IMG/VR virus record: IMGVR_UViG_3300020045_006398
Span: 1 to 46,931 of that record
Length of the DNA: 46,931 nucleotides
Source of the DNA: a virus
Taxonomy: Duplodnaviria; Caudoviricetes
Direction: 5' to 3' (one strand)
The position numbers and the translations under genes were made by a program. Numbering within the stretch: position 1 is the stretch's first letter; every line of letters starts with the position of its first letter. The notes under the pieces were generated by a model. The model was not told the DNA's origin. It did not search any database and worked only from the letters and a program-made list of their open reading frames with translations. Below, one piece after another: positions 16,883 through 26,334 of the stretch.

Positions 16883-19329
16883 CCCCTCTTTTCAGGCTTC
16901 CATCTCCAATCGGGCTCCGTCTGCTTTATGGTAATCTTTCCATCAACCTCTTTGACCACTATATCACCAGGTGCATAGCTGTAAATATTGGGTTTATTCT
17001 TTATTACATTCGCTACTCCTGACATATGCCGTCCAATTGCACGCTCAATAGCCTCTGCCATACCTGCTGATGTTCGCCTTCCTTCCATAGCCCCTACGAT
17101 AGCGGCACTGTGAGACATCTCTTTACCATGACCCATAGCGAAATGTAGCCCATCACCTGCATCGAACTCACCGCGATTGAGGGCTTCTAAGAAATTCGCA
17201 TGTTTCATGGATGCATGCTCATTGACTACAAACTCCCGTCCACCTAATACCAAATTGCTATCCTCTACAGCATGGCCCCTGCCCCCGTTTCTATCCGTTC
17301 TGCCCTGTTTGTTCACAAAGCCAGTAACGCCGTCCTGTTGCAGAGAGCCACCGCCGGAGAGTTTCTTTTGACTGGATTTGATCTTTGAGAATATGCCGAT
17401 CATGGCAGCAATGACAGCAATACCGATAGGAATACCGGCGGGACCTAACAATGAAACCCCCGGAGATGCAAGTACATTGGCAGCCATTGACGCAATGGAG
17501 CTGGCCTGCTGAATGCTATCCTGTATAAGCTGTTGGGCTAGTTGTTTCTTTCGAAGTTTCTCCTGCTCCTTGAGTGCTTTCTCCTCCTCTTTTGCTAATA
17601 TCTCTCGCTCCTTTGATTTGGATTCAAGGCTATTGGCAAGACCTGCAGCCTGGCGCTCCTTTTCCTTTTCAAGATCATCCTCAAGTAGATCCTGTCTTTC
17701 CCTGATTGAATTTAGTAGCTCATCATTTTTGGCAATGGCTGCATCTGTATTCGCATTCATGGCACCAAAGGCAGCATCGAAAACACTACCGATACCTGAT
17801 ACAATAGCATTTAGAGTTTCCTCATCAATGTCGAATGCCTTTTGTAGTTTCTCAGATAGGCTAAGGATTGACCCCTGCACTTCCGGATTGTCAGCCATTT
17901 CTTTTATGGCCCCTTGTACATTGCCAACGATATCAACGGCGCCACGTTCGGCTGCCTGAAGCGGCTTGATAACTGTATCGCTTAGATCAGCAATACCTTC
18001 ATTCCTGATAACCTCAATCTCCCTGGCTGAATGCTTTTCGATTGATTCTATAAGGGCTACTTTCTCCCTTGTTAAATCAACCTCTTTGCCTGCCCTTTTA
18101 GCGAATGCCTCAAGCATTTTAAATTGCTCCTCAATTATTGCCTTTGCCGCATTCGCTTCAGCTAATACCCGTTGCTCCGGATCCAGTGTTTCAAAGTCAG
18201 CCTTATCGGCAGCATCGGTTATTTTCTTTACTTGATCTTCAAGTGCTTTATTTATTTCATATATGGTTTTTAGGCGCTCCTGCTCTTTGGCGTATGCTTC
18301 TGCCTGTATGCCCTGAAGTTGGGCCTGCTGTTTCTTTTGACGTACCAGGGATGCTACTTTTAACTCCTCAAGTGCAACCTCTTTATCTGTAAGTGCATCA
18401 AGATCAGAATCCCGAGCTTCGCCAAGTGATATTCTTGATTTCATTATATCAACATCCTCCTGGGCTAACTTCAATTGCTCCTCTAATGATGCTTTTTCTA
18501 TTTGCCCTACCTCCTTAGCTGCTGCTAATCTTTCCTTTGTGCTTTTGGTGTTGTCATCAGCCAGCAATTGTTTTTCTTTAAGCGTTACAAGATGTTTAGC
18601 ATCCTCAACCCTATTCGCCCGGCGTGCATCTTCTAATTCCTGCTCACGTTGTTTTAACGAAACCATGATACCGATCTCTGCCACCAATTCAGCATTCAAT
18701 CCAGATACTGCATCCTTTGCATCTTTAAAGGCCCCCTTGAAATCACCGGAAAAGAATTTAGTAATTGCCTCCCCTAGTTTTGAAACCCTATCCGTAATAA
18801 CCGAAACAACAGCGCCGACGCCTGCCATTACCCTTTCTAACTTTTCTGCTCCCCGTTCTGTTTTGGTGAAAAAGGCAATGAGAGACCCAACGGCAACAAT
18901 GAGCGCCCCGATACCGGTACTGATTAATGCTACTTTGAAAATCTTTAGGGCATTGGCCCCTGCATTGATTCCGGTAACGGCTGACTTCATGGCTGCTGAC
19001 TTAGCCCGGAGCTGGTCAACAGTGCGGCCAAGATTGACGCCCATGATATTAACCTCATCAGCCAGGGACTTCATGGATGACCCCCATCCTTTTGTTTCCT
19101 GCTTTGCCTTTATAGTGGCATTGATGTTTTCACCAATAACCTTAGTGCCATCCTCAATAACATCATTTGTTTTGTCGATCTGCTTAGTGGCGACATCGTA
19201 AGCTTCCTTGTATGTCATCTCCTGCTCGCGGATGGCAAGGTTGACCTTAGTTACAAGGTTGAATTGATCGGTTAGGGATTTGATGACCTGGGTGTCATCG
19301 AAGATAATTTTTTCCTTGATATCAGCCAT
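16879..19329 (-). CDS. Tape measure protein
   Basis: 816 aa, Ala/Lys/Glu-rich coiled coil with hydrophobic glycine-rich segments (ALISTGIGALIVAVGSLIAFF) and a C-terminal GG...EFVVN motif. Confidence 0.9.
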   Translation of the reverse strand: MADIKEKIIFDDTQVIKSLTDQFNLVTKVNLAIREQEMTYKEAYDVATKQIDKTNDVIEDGTKVIGENINATIKAKQETKGWGSSMKSLADEVNIMGVNLGRTVDQLRAKSAAMKSAVTGINAGANALKIFKVALISTGIGALIVAVGSLIAFFTKTERGAEKLERVMAGVGAVVSVITDRVSKLGEAITKFFSGDFKGAFKDAKDAVSGLNAELVAEIGIMVSLKQREQELEDARRANRVEDAKHLVTLKEKQLLADDNTKSTKERLAAAKEVGQIEKASLEEQLKLAQEDVDIMKSRISLGEARDSDLDALTDKEVALEELKVASLVRQKKQQAQLQGIQAEAYAKEQERLKTIYEINKALEDQVKKITDAADKADFETLDPEQRVLAEANAAKAIIEEQFKMLEAFAKRAGKEVDLTREKVALIESIEKHSAREIEVIRNEGIADLSDTVIKPLQAAERGAVDIVGNVQGAIKEMADNPEVQGSILSLSEKLQKAFDIDEETLNAIVSGIGSVFDAAFGAMNANTDAAIAKNDELLNSIRERQDLLEDDLEKEKERQAAGLANSLESKSKEREILAKEEEKALKEQEKLRKKQLAQQLIQDSIQQASSIASMAANVLASPGVSLLGPAGIPIGIAVIAAMIGIFSKIKSSQKKLSGGGSLQQDGVTGFVNKQGRTDRNGGRGHAVEDSNLVLGGREFVVNEHASMKHANFLEALNRGEFDAGDGLHFAMGHGKEMSHSAAIVGAMEGRRTSAGMAEAIERAIGRHMSGVANVIKNKPNIYSYAPGDIVVKEVDGKITIKQTEPDWRWKPEKRG

Positions 19330-19334
19330 AAGTC

Positions 19335-19380
19335 CAAAATTAGGACAGGCATGATCTTAAAGGTGTTACAATGAGTAACA
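19335..19380 (-). promoter_or_regulatory. Late promoter copy 3
   Basis: TGTTACAATGAGTAACA at 19364-19380, 21-nt spacer, TAATTTTG at 19335-19342. Confidence 0.8.
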
Positions 19381-19388
19381 GTATTGGT

Positions 19389-19547
19389 TTACCTCCCCGT
19401 ACTCTCCTTCCATCTGCACCCGCATTTGGAACATTTCATGAACCTGGTAAGCCAGCCATCGGATACAATGCGATGGTGTTTTTTGTGGAATAGATCGCAG
19501 ATCATACGCTCATATTCGTAGATGGTGGATTTTATTATTGATTTCAT
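19389..19547 (-). CDS. Small Cys/His zinc-binding protein (52 aa, not in the ORF track)
   Basis: Hand translation MKSIIKSTIYEYERMICDLFHKKHHRIVSDGWLTRFMKCSKCGCRWKESTGR; ATGA overlap with the upstream gene. Confidence 0.65.
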   Translation of the reverse strand: MKSIIKSTIYEYERMICDLFHKKHHRIVSDGWLTRFMKCSKCGCRWKESTGR

Positions 19548-19882
19548 AGTATCTCACATTCCCCGTTAATAGTTAATACATGCCCTAAACATAATACTAG
19601 CCACAACTCCATATAATATGGGTATGCCACGGTGATTTCATGGGTGACATTCCCATTTAATGACCATGCCAGTGATATATCCGGTTCTTTGGAATCAATA
19701 ATAAGATGTACTCTTTGCGGTGCATAGTGATCGGATGTGATGGTGGTGCAAATGGATGGGGTCACTGTTTCAGGTGATGAGCATGACATCATGGAAAACA
19801 AAGCCAGAAAAGCAATTGCAATTGTCCCGGATAATATTGCTATACCACATCCATAAGCGGTATTTTGATATTCGTCTTTCAT
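19544..19882 (-). CDS. Membrane-anchored/lipoprotein-like hypothetical protein
   Basis: Hydrophobic stretch ending MMSC; overlaps both neighbours by ATGA. Confidence 0.55.
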   Translation of the reverse strand: MKDEYQNTAYGCGIAILSGTIAIAFLALFSMMSCSSPETVTPSICTTITSDHYAPQRVHLIIDSKEPDISLAWSLNGNVTHEITVAYPYYMELWLVLCLGHVLTINGECEIL

Positions 19883-20046
19883 TTTTCCATTTCTTTTTTA
19901 AGTGCTTCGATCAGTGCTGGGATGGAGGATTTTTCTAATTGAATCAAATCCTTTGTTTCTCCTGGTTCCTTTTGCTCTATGTAAACAAATACATCGGAAA
20001 CAACAATCTTTATTGGCTCTGCTTTGTCCTGTTTTATTGTTACCAT
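19879..20046 (-). CDS. Hypothetical protein (55 aa)
   Basis: Start placed at ATG 20046 (MVTIKQDK...), which overlaps the end of the upstream small gene. Confidence 0.55.
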   Translation of the reverse strand: MVTIKQDKAEPIKIVVSDVFVYIEQKEPGETKDLIQLEKSSIPALIEALKKEMEK

Positions 20047-20213
20047 ATAAATATCCCTCCCCATAATAGCACAAAAAATATAGTTAGAACAGGCCATATA
20101 ATCACACCAATATCGGGGCCATACCCATGATGTTCTTCGTACGAAAATGTTTTATAAATGCCAATTACAATACCTATGACAAAAACTAATTGGAACCAGT
20201 GTATATGTATCAT
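20040..20213 (-). CDS. Small two-TM membrane protein (57 aa, not in the ORF track)
   Basis: Hand translation MIHIHWFQLVFVIGIVIGIYKTFSYEEHHGYGPDIGVIIWPVLTIFFVLLWGGIFIW; ATGA overlap with the upstream gene. Confidence 0.65.
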   Translation of the reverse strand: MIHIHWFQLVFVIGIVIGIYKTFSYEEHHGYGPDIGVIIWPVLTIFFVLLWGGIFIW

Positions 20214-20938
20214 TTCCCCTCCGTTTTAATCCCGTTCAACTCCTTGATTTGTTTGATAGCAAGATTCCACCCATTAGCATAAGCGTGTTCTGGGTCTGTT
20301 GGTTGTTCCCTTAATTTCATTTCATCTGGCAGCACTATCTTTCGCTCGGATAGACGGGAGATAGCAGCACGGCATCCCAACTTAAATATATATTGCTCAT
20401 GCTCATTAAGATGTGTCAACATATCAAACCTATATATCTCCTCCTCCCCGATACTGGACGGGGCGGTAAGGGCAGATAGTTCCGCTTCGAGCCGATTGAT
20501 TTCCTCTTGCCTCTCATTGGCTACCCTGACCCAATTAGCCATGCCTGATTCGAGGCGTTCGATTTTGGATTTAAGTTGTTTATTTTCAGACAACAGCCTT
20601 GAGTTAACCGATATAGACGAATTGTAGTACTGATCTTTATATTCCAGTTCCTTACACAACTCAGCGGTGCGAATCGTCAAGTATTCTTCCATAGCCGAAA
20701 TAATCGCAGGATGATACATTGTTACCATTTCGTCAAACGGAGGTTCGGGACAACCAAAATCTACTAAAATATTATGCGCCATTTCCTCCGCCGTCTTGTC
20801 CTGCACTGGTTCGGGCGAAGTGGAAATGATGGACTCGATGCGGTTGATTGATTCAGCAATTAAAAAATGTTCTTCTTCTTGCATTATAGATGACATTTCT
20901 CTGTATATTAAATTCTTTTGGTTTTGGGTAAATTTCAT
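20210..20938 (-). CDS. Hypothetical coiled-coil early protein
   Basis: Likely start ATG 20938 (MKFTQ); mosaic of short motifs common in phage early proteins (AMEEY, YANGWNLAI). Confidence 0.6.
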   Translation of the reverse strand: MKFTQNQKNLIYREMSSIMQEEEHFLIAESINRIESIISTSPEPVQDKTAEEMAHNILVDFGCPEPPFDEMVTMYHPAIISAMEEYLTIRTAELCKELEYKDQYYNSSISVNSRLLSENKQLKSKIERLESGMANWVRVANERQEEINRLEAELSALTAPSSIGEEEIYRFDMLTHLNEHEQYIFKLGCRAAISRLSERKIVLPDEMKLREQPTDPEHAYANGWNLAIKQIKELNGIKTEGK

Positions 20939-20976
20939 ATCGTTTCGATTTCCCCCGAATCCGTCGGGGCGGCTTG

Positions 20977-21261
20977 TTAAAACAACCAATTAAACTTGCT
21001 ATCAAATTCAGTCCGTCTAAATACCGGCTGACGTTTCTTTTTTAACACAGGAACAAAATCAACATCCTCTAGTCCTTTCCTTTTATGCCACCATGTCATA
21101 AAGGCATTGTAATTTGTATACATACGATCTCCCGTTAAGCGGATACATTCTTTCTCTGCCATATCATAGGCTAATGGTCCATACCATTTCATTTTAACAC
21201 CACTGGCTTTGATCTTTTCGATCATGGCAGTGTGCAAGGCTTTAAATTCTTTATGGTCCAT
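20977..21261 (-). CDS. Hypothetical small basic protein
   Basis: 94 aa; coupled to the upstream gene by TAATG. Confidence 0.6.
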   Translation of the reverse strand: MDHKEFKALHTAMIEKIKASGVKMKWYGPLAYDMAEKECIRLTGDRMYTNYNAFMTWWHKRKGLEDVDFVPVLKKKRQPVFRRTEFDSKFNWLF

Positions 21262-21647
21262 TATGCCGATATATGTATTTCACCCTTAAATCTTGATATC
21301 GTCAATTCCTTATGATCCAGGTCATCAATGAACTGATCAGGGATAGGAATGGTGAGTTCGTCAATGGTTAGCGATACAAACACGCTCAGGGCTGTATACA
21401 GCCAATTGGAGAAGGCAGTGGAGTACTTTACCCATTCTTTTACGCCTGCATTCATAGAGATGACAGGACGGGGCAAATTTGACATCTTCCAGGAGAGCGG
21501 TAAAGCCCATACGATGGGAGCCATGTCCGGAGAGGTGGCGATAACGCTTACCTGGTAATCTGTTTCTTTGGGAATTGGTAAAGGCGAAATTATAACCGGA
21601 GGGGTTATGATCGGAGGTGATGATTCAGCCTTGATAAGTTTTAGCAT
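21261..21647 (-). CDS. Hypothetical protein
   Basis: 128-aa ORF with Pro-rich N-terminus; start position uncertain. Confidence 0.5.
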   Translation of the reverse strand: MLKLIKAESSPPIITPPVIISPLPIPKETDYQVSVIATSPDMAPIVWALPLSWKMSNLPRPVISMNAGVKEWVKYSTAFSNWLYTALSVFVSLTIDELTIPIPDQFIDDLDHKELTISRFKGEIHISA

Positions 21648-21740
21648 CGATTACCGCGTTAGCGGTCCGTGGGATGGCCTCAATGCTTCCGCTAATGTAC
21701 GGAGGCAAAATCATCCATGCAAGTACTTTAACATTTTGGT

Positions 21741-22185
21741 GTGTAAAAATAGTGGCGAACGATAGCTGTGTTTTACACTCCCCCCGAATTTTTTAAGTAG
21801 GGAAAAAAATAAAAAAGAAAAAAATAATAAAAAGATAGGAAAAAGGGTACGATTGATCGCCAGTTGTCAGCCAACTGTCCATTTTCTAAAAAACCATTGG
21901 CGAACGATAGCTAAAAATTGGCGAACGATAGGCTAACTTTAAAAAAACATAAGTACCTGATATTGTGAATAGTTATATAAGTGGCGAACGATAGGCATAA
22001 AAAAACCGTATCAATTTCAAATCTTGAAATTTTGATACGGCTAAAATTATTTTTTTAAAATATTTTTTATTTTCTGATCTCTATCGTTCGCCAGTCTTTT
22101 TTTTGTGTGATTATCAATTAGTTATCAATTTCCTTAACATTTCTATCGTTCGCCAATTTTATTTAAAACGGCTGATCGTTCGCCA
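21741..22185. repeat. Putative replication origin with iterons
   Basis: TGGCGAACGATAG at 21753, 21898, 21919 and 21982; inverted copies at 22081, 22143 and (partial) 22175; hairpin at 22006-22040; A/T tracts; directly downstream of the primase-helicase. Confidence 0.8.
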
Positions 22186-24820
22186 GTGCCGGAATCTCAT
22201 TTTCTGGCAATACTAAGATAGTAAAAATTACATCACGTGTACCGTTTTTGCGCTCATTACTTTTCTGCGACACAACATTTAATCCCATTGTATCCCCATA
22301 AAATTTCAACGCATTGGTAAATCTCTTAAAAGAGTACCCATTGGGGCCCTTTGTCTCATATCCCGAGTCGTATAAAAACTGCTCATACATATCTTTTTTG
22401 GGCAGCCAAACCCCTAATTGTAGCCCGGTGGCATACTCATAAAACTCCTCAGAGTACTTAATTTTGACCGATTTGACCCTCATATTATCGGTTGTTGTGA
22501 ACCTGGTAACACCTGATCCGAGGTATGCCTGTATCATATAAAAGGGCACTAAAAAGAACATCATCCAGTCTCTGTCTGTCCATTCGGGACCCCAAAACAT
22601 ACCTCCAAGTTCATCTTCAGGGCGCAAAGTGCTGTTGTAGTATTTGGCAAATAATAGCTTTTTAATGCGCCTGGATGCATGCTCCGCGCTGTTATCAATG
22701 TCATAATTAGTCGACATTGCGATCTTCGGAGATAGCTCAAATGGTATGGTAAATGCGTCTTTATTCTTTTTTTCAATGGTAATACCTTCAGTGATGGTAT
22801 TGTTCATTACTTCGAAGTTGAAAAACTTATCTATATCACTGATGTATAAGATATCATCTCCTAATTTATAAGTTTGAAAGGCAAAATTCGCATTCACTTT
22901 CCATTGCTTGCCGGGGAATGAGCACATTGAACGGATATGGGCAAGGATCTTCATATACAGGTCCTTTCCTACGCCTCCGCCGTCCCGGTCACTGGCAGTG
23001 TCTTCAGCCAGGATAACAGCGTATGGACGCCCGGGGTCCTTGTAATTGGATAATAGATAACCACCTGTTGACATAAATGCCAGGTACCGCTCATACTTTT
23101 CAGGATGCTGGACTATAAGCTGATCAATCTCCAAAAACTCAATATCCGGGGTGATTCCTGCAATACGTTTTATGAATCGATATACCGGTGTTTGGTTGAG
23201 CTCTGTCTCTGACCGGAGGTTGATCAGTTCAATATCGCGCTGCTTAATCTGGTTATGCCAAAGGAGGATATTGGTAGGTAATTCGTGGTACTGCATCATA
23301 CTGATATCATCCTTTGTGATATGTACGATTCCATTCCGGAAAGGAATAAATGATGCCTTTGAGGTATCTCGAAGGAATGACACATCTGCCAGTGATATGC
23401 GTTTTATAAACTCAATGACATCTGACCAGCCTTTAAATTTAATAAGTGATTGCATGATATCATCGAGTGTTACCTCATAGTCCTGGATGTTTTCAACGAT
23501 CCAATCTTCCACCCATTTTTTGAGACTATCACTGGGCACTTCTTCAATGATATGGCTGATCTTATTAATATGGACCAGTCGATAAAGCAGGCTTCCTCGC
23601 TCCTGGACGAACAATCTAAAACCATGCTCATGGAGAAAATTACGGAGGCCGAAATCGTAGATGATAACAGCGCCTTTTTGGCCTATCTTCCAGAATAGCC
23701 CCCGCGTTTGCGCGTGCCGTTCACTGGCTGCATTGATAACGATCTCAAGTTCATCACTTACCCGTTTTTCCCTTTCCTGCTTTGGGAGGTCTTTCACCTC
23801 CGGGAATTTATCAAAAAACTCAGGTGTTAGCATGCGGATAATATCGAATGGATCCAGACCCTTTTCTATTTGGGTGGATGCTTTTGATATCATGGTTTCC
23901 TCAAACTCACTGAACGGACGGCCATATCCTAAAGCCCTGAGTTCACGTGTAGCCTGGGAGAAATCACCTGAGCATTTCAGGACGGCATAAATGGCAAATG
24001 GTGTGTATGCTTTTTCTGATTCAAATTCAGTGGAGGTAGAGAATACATAAAACAGGCGCTTTTCATCCGACCAGTTAGCTTTATTCTTACTGTCAGATCC
24101 TGCCTTTGTGTAGTATGTGCGCCCTTCTTTTGAGTATGACACCTGCCAGCCGGCATCAGATAGTACTTTCTCCCAGGGGTTATTGAGATCGTCATTATAG
24201 GCATCCCACGGTGTTTCCCGATAAGCGGAAGCCTGTACGTTTGATACTTTCGCCCTTTCTGTTTTGAAAATCTGATTGTACTTACGGCATATGTCCAGGA
24301 TGTCAGCCCGTTGATCAGGTGTGATCTCTATAATGGCTGACAATTCACTATCTGTCCGGTAACCGTGCGATGGTGGCGCAATGACATAACCACCTTCCCC
24401 CCTGGTTTCAATAAGTACCACCGGGCGCCCGTCTTTTTCTTTGGATGCCAGCTTTTGGTTTCCTTCAATCACTGAGCATCGGTAATAAAGGTGTGCACCA
24501 CCTGACGGGGTAACTATTATAGGTAGTGGAATTTGCCCCCCAAAATAATCTGTAAGGTCAGTTATTAGATAATCCCAAAGCGTATCTGTCTCATCATTCT
24601 TGAGGTCAATATCTATAACCTCAAGATTGCCTGATACGGCTCCACAGATGACGGCTATCTGATCAGCCCCTTTGGCAAACATCTTATCCAGTTCATCCGG
24701 TGTTGGCGGTGCCTCCTGGTATTGTGACCATGACCCGATAACAGGGCGTTTTTGTTTACATGGTATAACGGATAAACCACTTGCTGTATATTTTTCAGCT
24801 ACTTTGAGAAGGGAGGACAT
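22163..24820 (-). CDS. Bifunctional primase-polymerase fused to a P-loop helicase
   Basis: Prim-Pol motifs (GLSVIP, VIDID, TPSGGAHLYYR, IETRGEGGYVIAPPS) and C-terminal Walker A GGGVGKD, Walker B-like LYISD, and STN. Confidence 0.9.
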   Translation of the reverse strand: MSSLLKVAEKYTASGLSVIPCKQKRPVIGSWSQYQEAPPTPDELDKMFAKGADQIAVICGAVSGNLEVIDIDLKNDETDTLWDYLITDLTDYFGGQIPLPIIVTPSGGAHLYYRCSVIEGNQKLASKEKDGRPVVLIETRGEGGYVIAPPSHGYRTDSELSAIIEITPDQRADILDICRKYNQIFKTERAKVSNVQASAYRETPWDAYNDDLNNPWEKVLSDAGWQVSYSKEGRTYYTKAGSDSKNKANWSDEKRLFYVFSTSTEFESEKAYTPFAIYAVLKCSGDFSQATRELRALGYGRPFSEFEETMISKASTQIEKGLDPFDIIRMLTPEFFDKFPEVKDLPKQEREKRVSDELEIVINAASERHAQTRGLFWKIGQKGAVIIYDFGLRNFLHEHGFRLFVQERGSLLYRLVHINKISHIIEEVPSDSLKKWVEDWIVENIQDYEVTLDDIMQSLIKFKGWSDVIEFIKRISLADVSFLRDTSKASFIPFRNGIVHITKDDISMMQYHELPTNILLWHNQIKQRDIELINLRSETELNQTPVYRFIKRIAGITPDIEFLEIDQLIVQHPEKYERYLAFMSTGGYLLSNYKDPGRPYAVILAEDTASDRDGGGVGKDLYMKILAHIRSMCSFPGKQWKVNANFAFQTYKLGDDILYISDIDKFFNFEVMNNTITEGITIEKKNKDAFTIPFELSPKIAMSTNYDIDNSAEHASRRIKKLLFAKYYNSTLRPEDELGGMFWGPEWTDRDWMMFFLVPFYMIQAYLGSGVTRFTTTDNMRVKSVKIKYSEEFYEYATGLQLGVWLPKKDMYEQFLYDSGYETKGPNGYSFKRFTNALKFYGDTMGLNVVSQKSNERKNGTRDVIFTILVLPENEIPALANDQPF

Positions 24821-24874
24821 AGAATGATATTATTGTATAAATGGAATTTATATGTGTTGGGGTAAAAAAAGAGG

Positions 24875-25573
24875 TTAATTACACACCGGCACCCCATACG
24901 GATACTTATATTTCAACCCACTTCCGTATATCCAATTAAGCTGCTCTGCTTTCTCTATTACGGGACTTGATATTGCCGAACCTTTCTGCAATACAGTTAT
25001 CACCACCCCATCTGACCCACCTAAGAATCCTCCAAGATTAGGATCGAGCATTTTCTCCCATACCGGAAACGGACATGAGGTATTGATATTCTTAGGTGTT
25101 AATTCAACCTGAAATAGTGTTGTCCAATCATTCAGATAAATAGGTGGTGCATTAGGATCAGTTAATTGTATGGCACCATTGACGTATGTAGACGCACCTG
25201 TGAATCCGCATATTATTTTACTTGCTGCATTCCCTGTTACTATAATAGGAGGGTTCGGAGTTATTGCCGTATAACCTGGCTGAAGATTTATAAAGCGTGT
25301 GGCATTGGTGTAGATGCCTGCATCCTGAAAAAACCTGACATTGATACCAAATAACCTCAGGCTATCACCTCCTTTAAATTGGGCCTTTAGGATATATTTC
25401 CCATTTATCAAAACGGGATCGGCAAATCTGACCTGTACAGTAGGCTGTGGTGTTGTCAATTTTGCGCTTTCTTCCTGATCTGGCTTTATGCCAAAATCGG
25501 ATGTAGTGTAAATCTTTGGTTCAGGCACGCATGATGCCATGATAAGGAGTAATAGAAAAAGTAAATGTTTCAT
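24875..25573 (-). CDS. Lipoprotein with beta-sandwich (cohesin-like) domain
   Basis: Lipobox-like LLLIMAS|C; beta-rich body (LFGINVRFF, WTTLFQVELT). Confidence 0.65.
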   Translation of the reverse strand: MKHLLFLLLLIMASCVPEPKIYTTSDFGIKPDQEESAKLTTPQPTVQVRFADPVLINGKYILKAQFKGGDSLRLFGINVRFFQDAGIYTNATRFINLQPGYTAITPNPPIIVTGNAASKIICGFTGASTYVNGAIQLTDPNAPPIYLNDWTTLFQVELTPKNINTSCPFPVWEKMLDPNLGGFLGGSDGVVITVLQKGSAISSPVIEKAEQLNWIYGSGLKYKYPYGVPVCN

Positions 25574-25621
25574 TGTTTAGGTATTTATATGGTTTTGAAA
25601 ATTGTTAATTCAGGTTATGTT

Positions 25622-26266
25622 TTATCCCCATTGGTCAGCCATTGCAGCCGCTATTCCAGGAAAGGTTTTTGATCTTAGTTTTGTCCGTTTATCTTTCGGC
25701 AAGTGCCAGGCATCGGCATACCATTTCGGCATTACCGTACCGCTTTCAAAGTGTACCATTTCGCCCTTTCCAACGTGTGTAACGGCCTCATCAAAAAGAG
25801 TTAATTCCTTACTATGTACAAGAGGATGCAACCCCCTGAGCCAAAGGCAGGTTGTTTTCTGTGCCTCATCACCAAAATAATAAGGCTGTATAATTTGAGT
25901 TGGCTTTAGCGTTGAGTTTATACTACCTATTGGGTTCTCAATGCAAATCTTTTCAATCCCTGAATTATATAACTTCAGGAAAAATGCACTTGCCTCAAAC
26001 CTATCTATGTGTCGTTGTATTGCTTTATCACCATAAGCCTCAATACTAAACCACCTATTACCGGTAAGTGTTAAATATGTGCAAGGCGGATGTGCTATCA
26101 TCATATCCCAACCCATACCAATTACCTCAAACACATCTTGCTGATAGTGCCACTCAGGATGCCCGCCGGAGCATTCCTGTAGGTCGCAACTAAACGCCTC
26201 ATGCCCTTTCGCCCTGAATGCTTTACAAACCTCCTGGCTTTCTTCACACGCTATCAGTACTCTCAT
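25622..26266 (-). CDS. DNA cytosine-C5 methyltransferase-like protein
   Basis: VLIACEES N-terminus, catalytic HPPC, IENP and KTTCLW, matching the short phage C5-MTase-like family. Confidence 0.75.
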   Translation of the reverse strand: MRVLIACEESQEVCKAFRAKGHEAFSCDLQECSGGHPEWHYQQDVFEVIGMGWDMMIAHPPCTYLTLTGNRWFSIEAYGDKAIQRHIDRFEASAFFLKLYNSGIEKICIENPIGSINSTLKPTQIIQPYYFGDEAQKTTCLWLRGLHPLVHSKELTLFDEAVTHVGKGEMVHFESGTVMPKWYADAWHLPKDKRTKLRSKTFPGIAAAMADQWG

Positions 26267-26334
26267 TTATTTTTAAAATCTATATCACTCACCAACAGCA
26301 ATGCACCGATGAGGATGATTAGGTTGGTGATCAT
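26263..26334 (-). CDS. 23-aa hydrophobic peptide (not in the ORF track)
   Basis: MITNLIILIGALLLVSDIDFKNK; start overlaps the upstream stop (TAATG) and stop overlaps the downstream start (ATGA). Confidence 0.55.
   Translation of the reverse strand: MITNLIILIGALLLVSDIDFKNK

Noticed and set aside
17177-19201. Long plus-strand ORFs opposite the tape measure gene (likewise opposite the primase and integrase)
   Set aside because: Ser/Phe/Leu-rich antisense shadows of real genes, with no independent signals.
21753-22185. CRISPR-like mini-array
   Set aside because: The repeats are only 13 bp, irregularly spaced and in both orientations, and no cas genes are present; iterons fit better.
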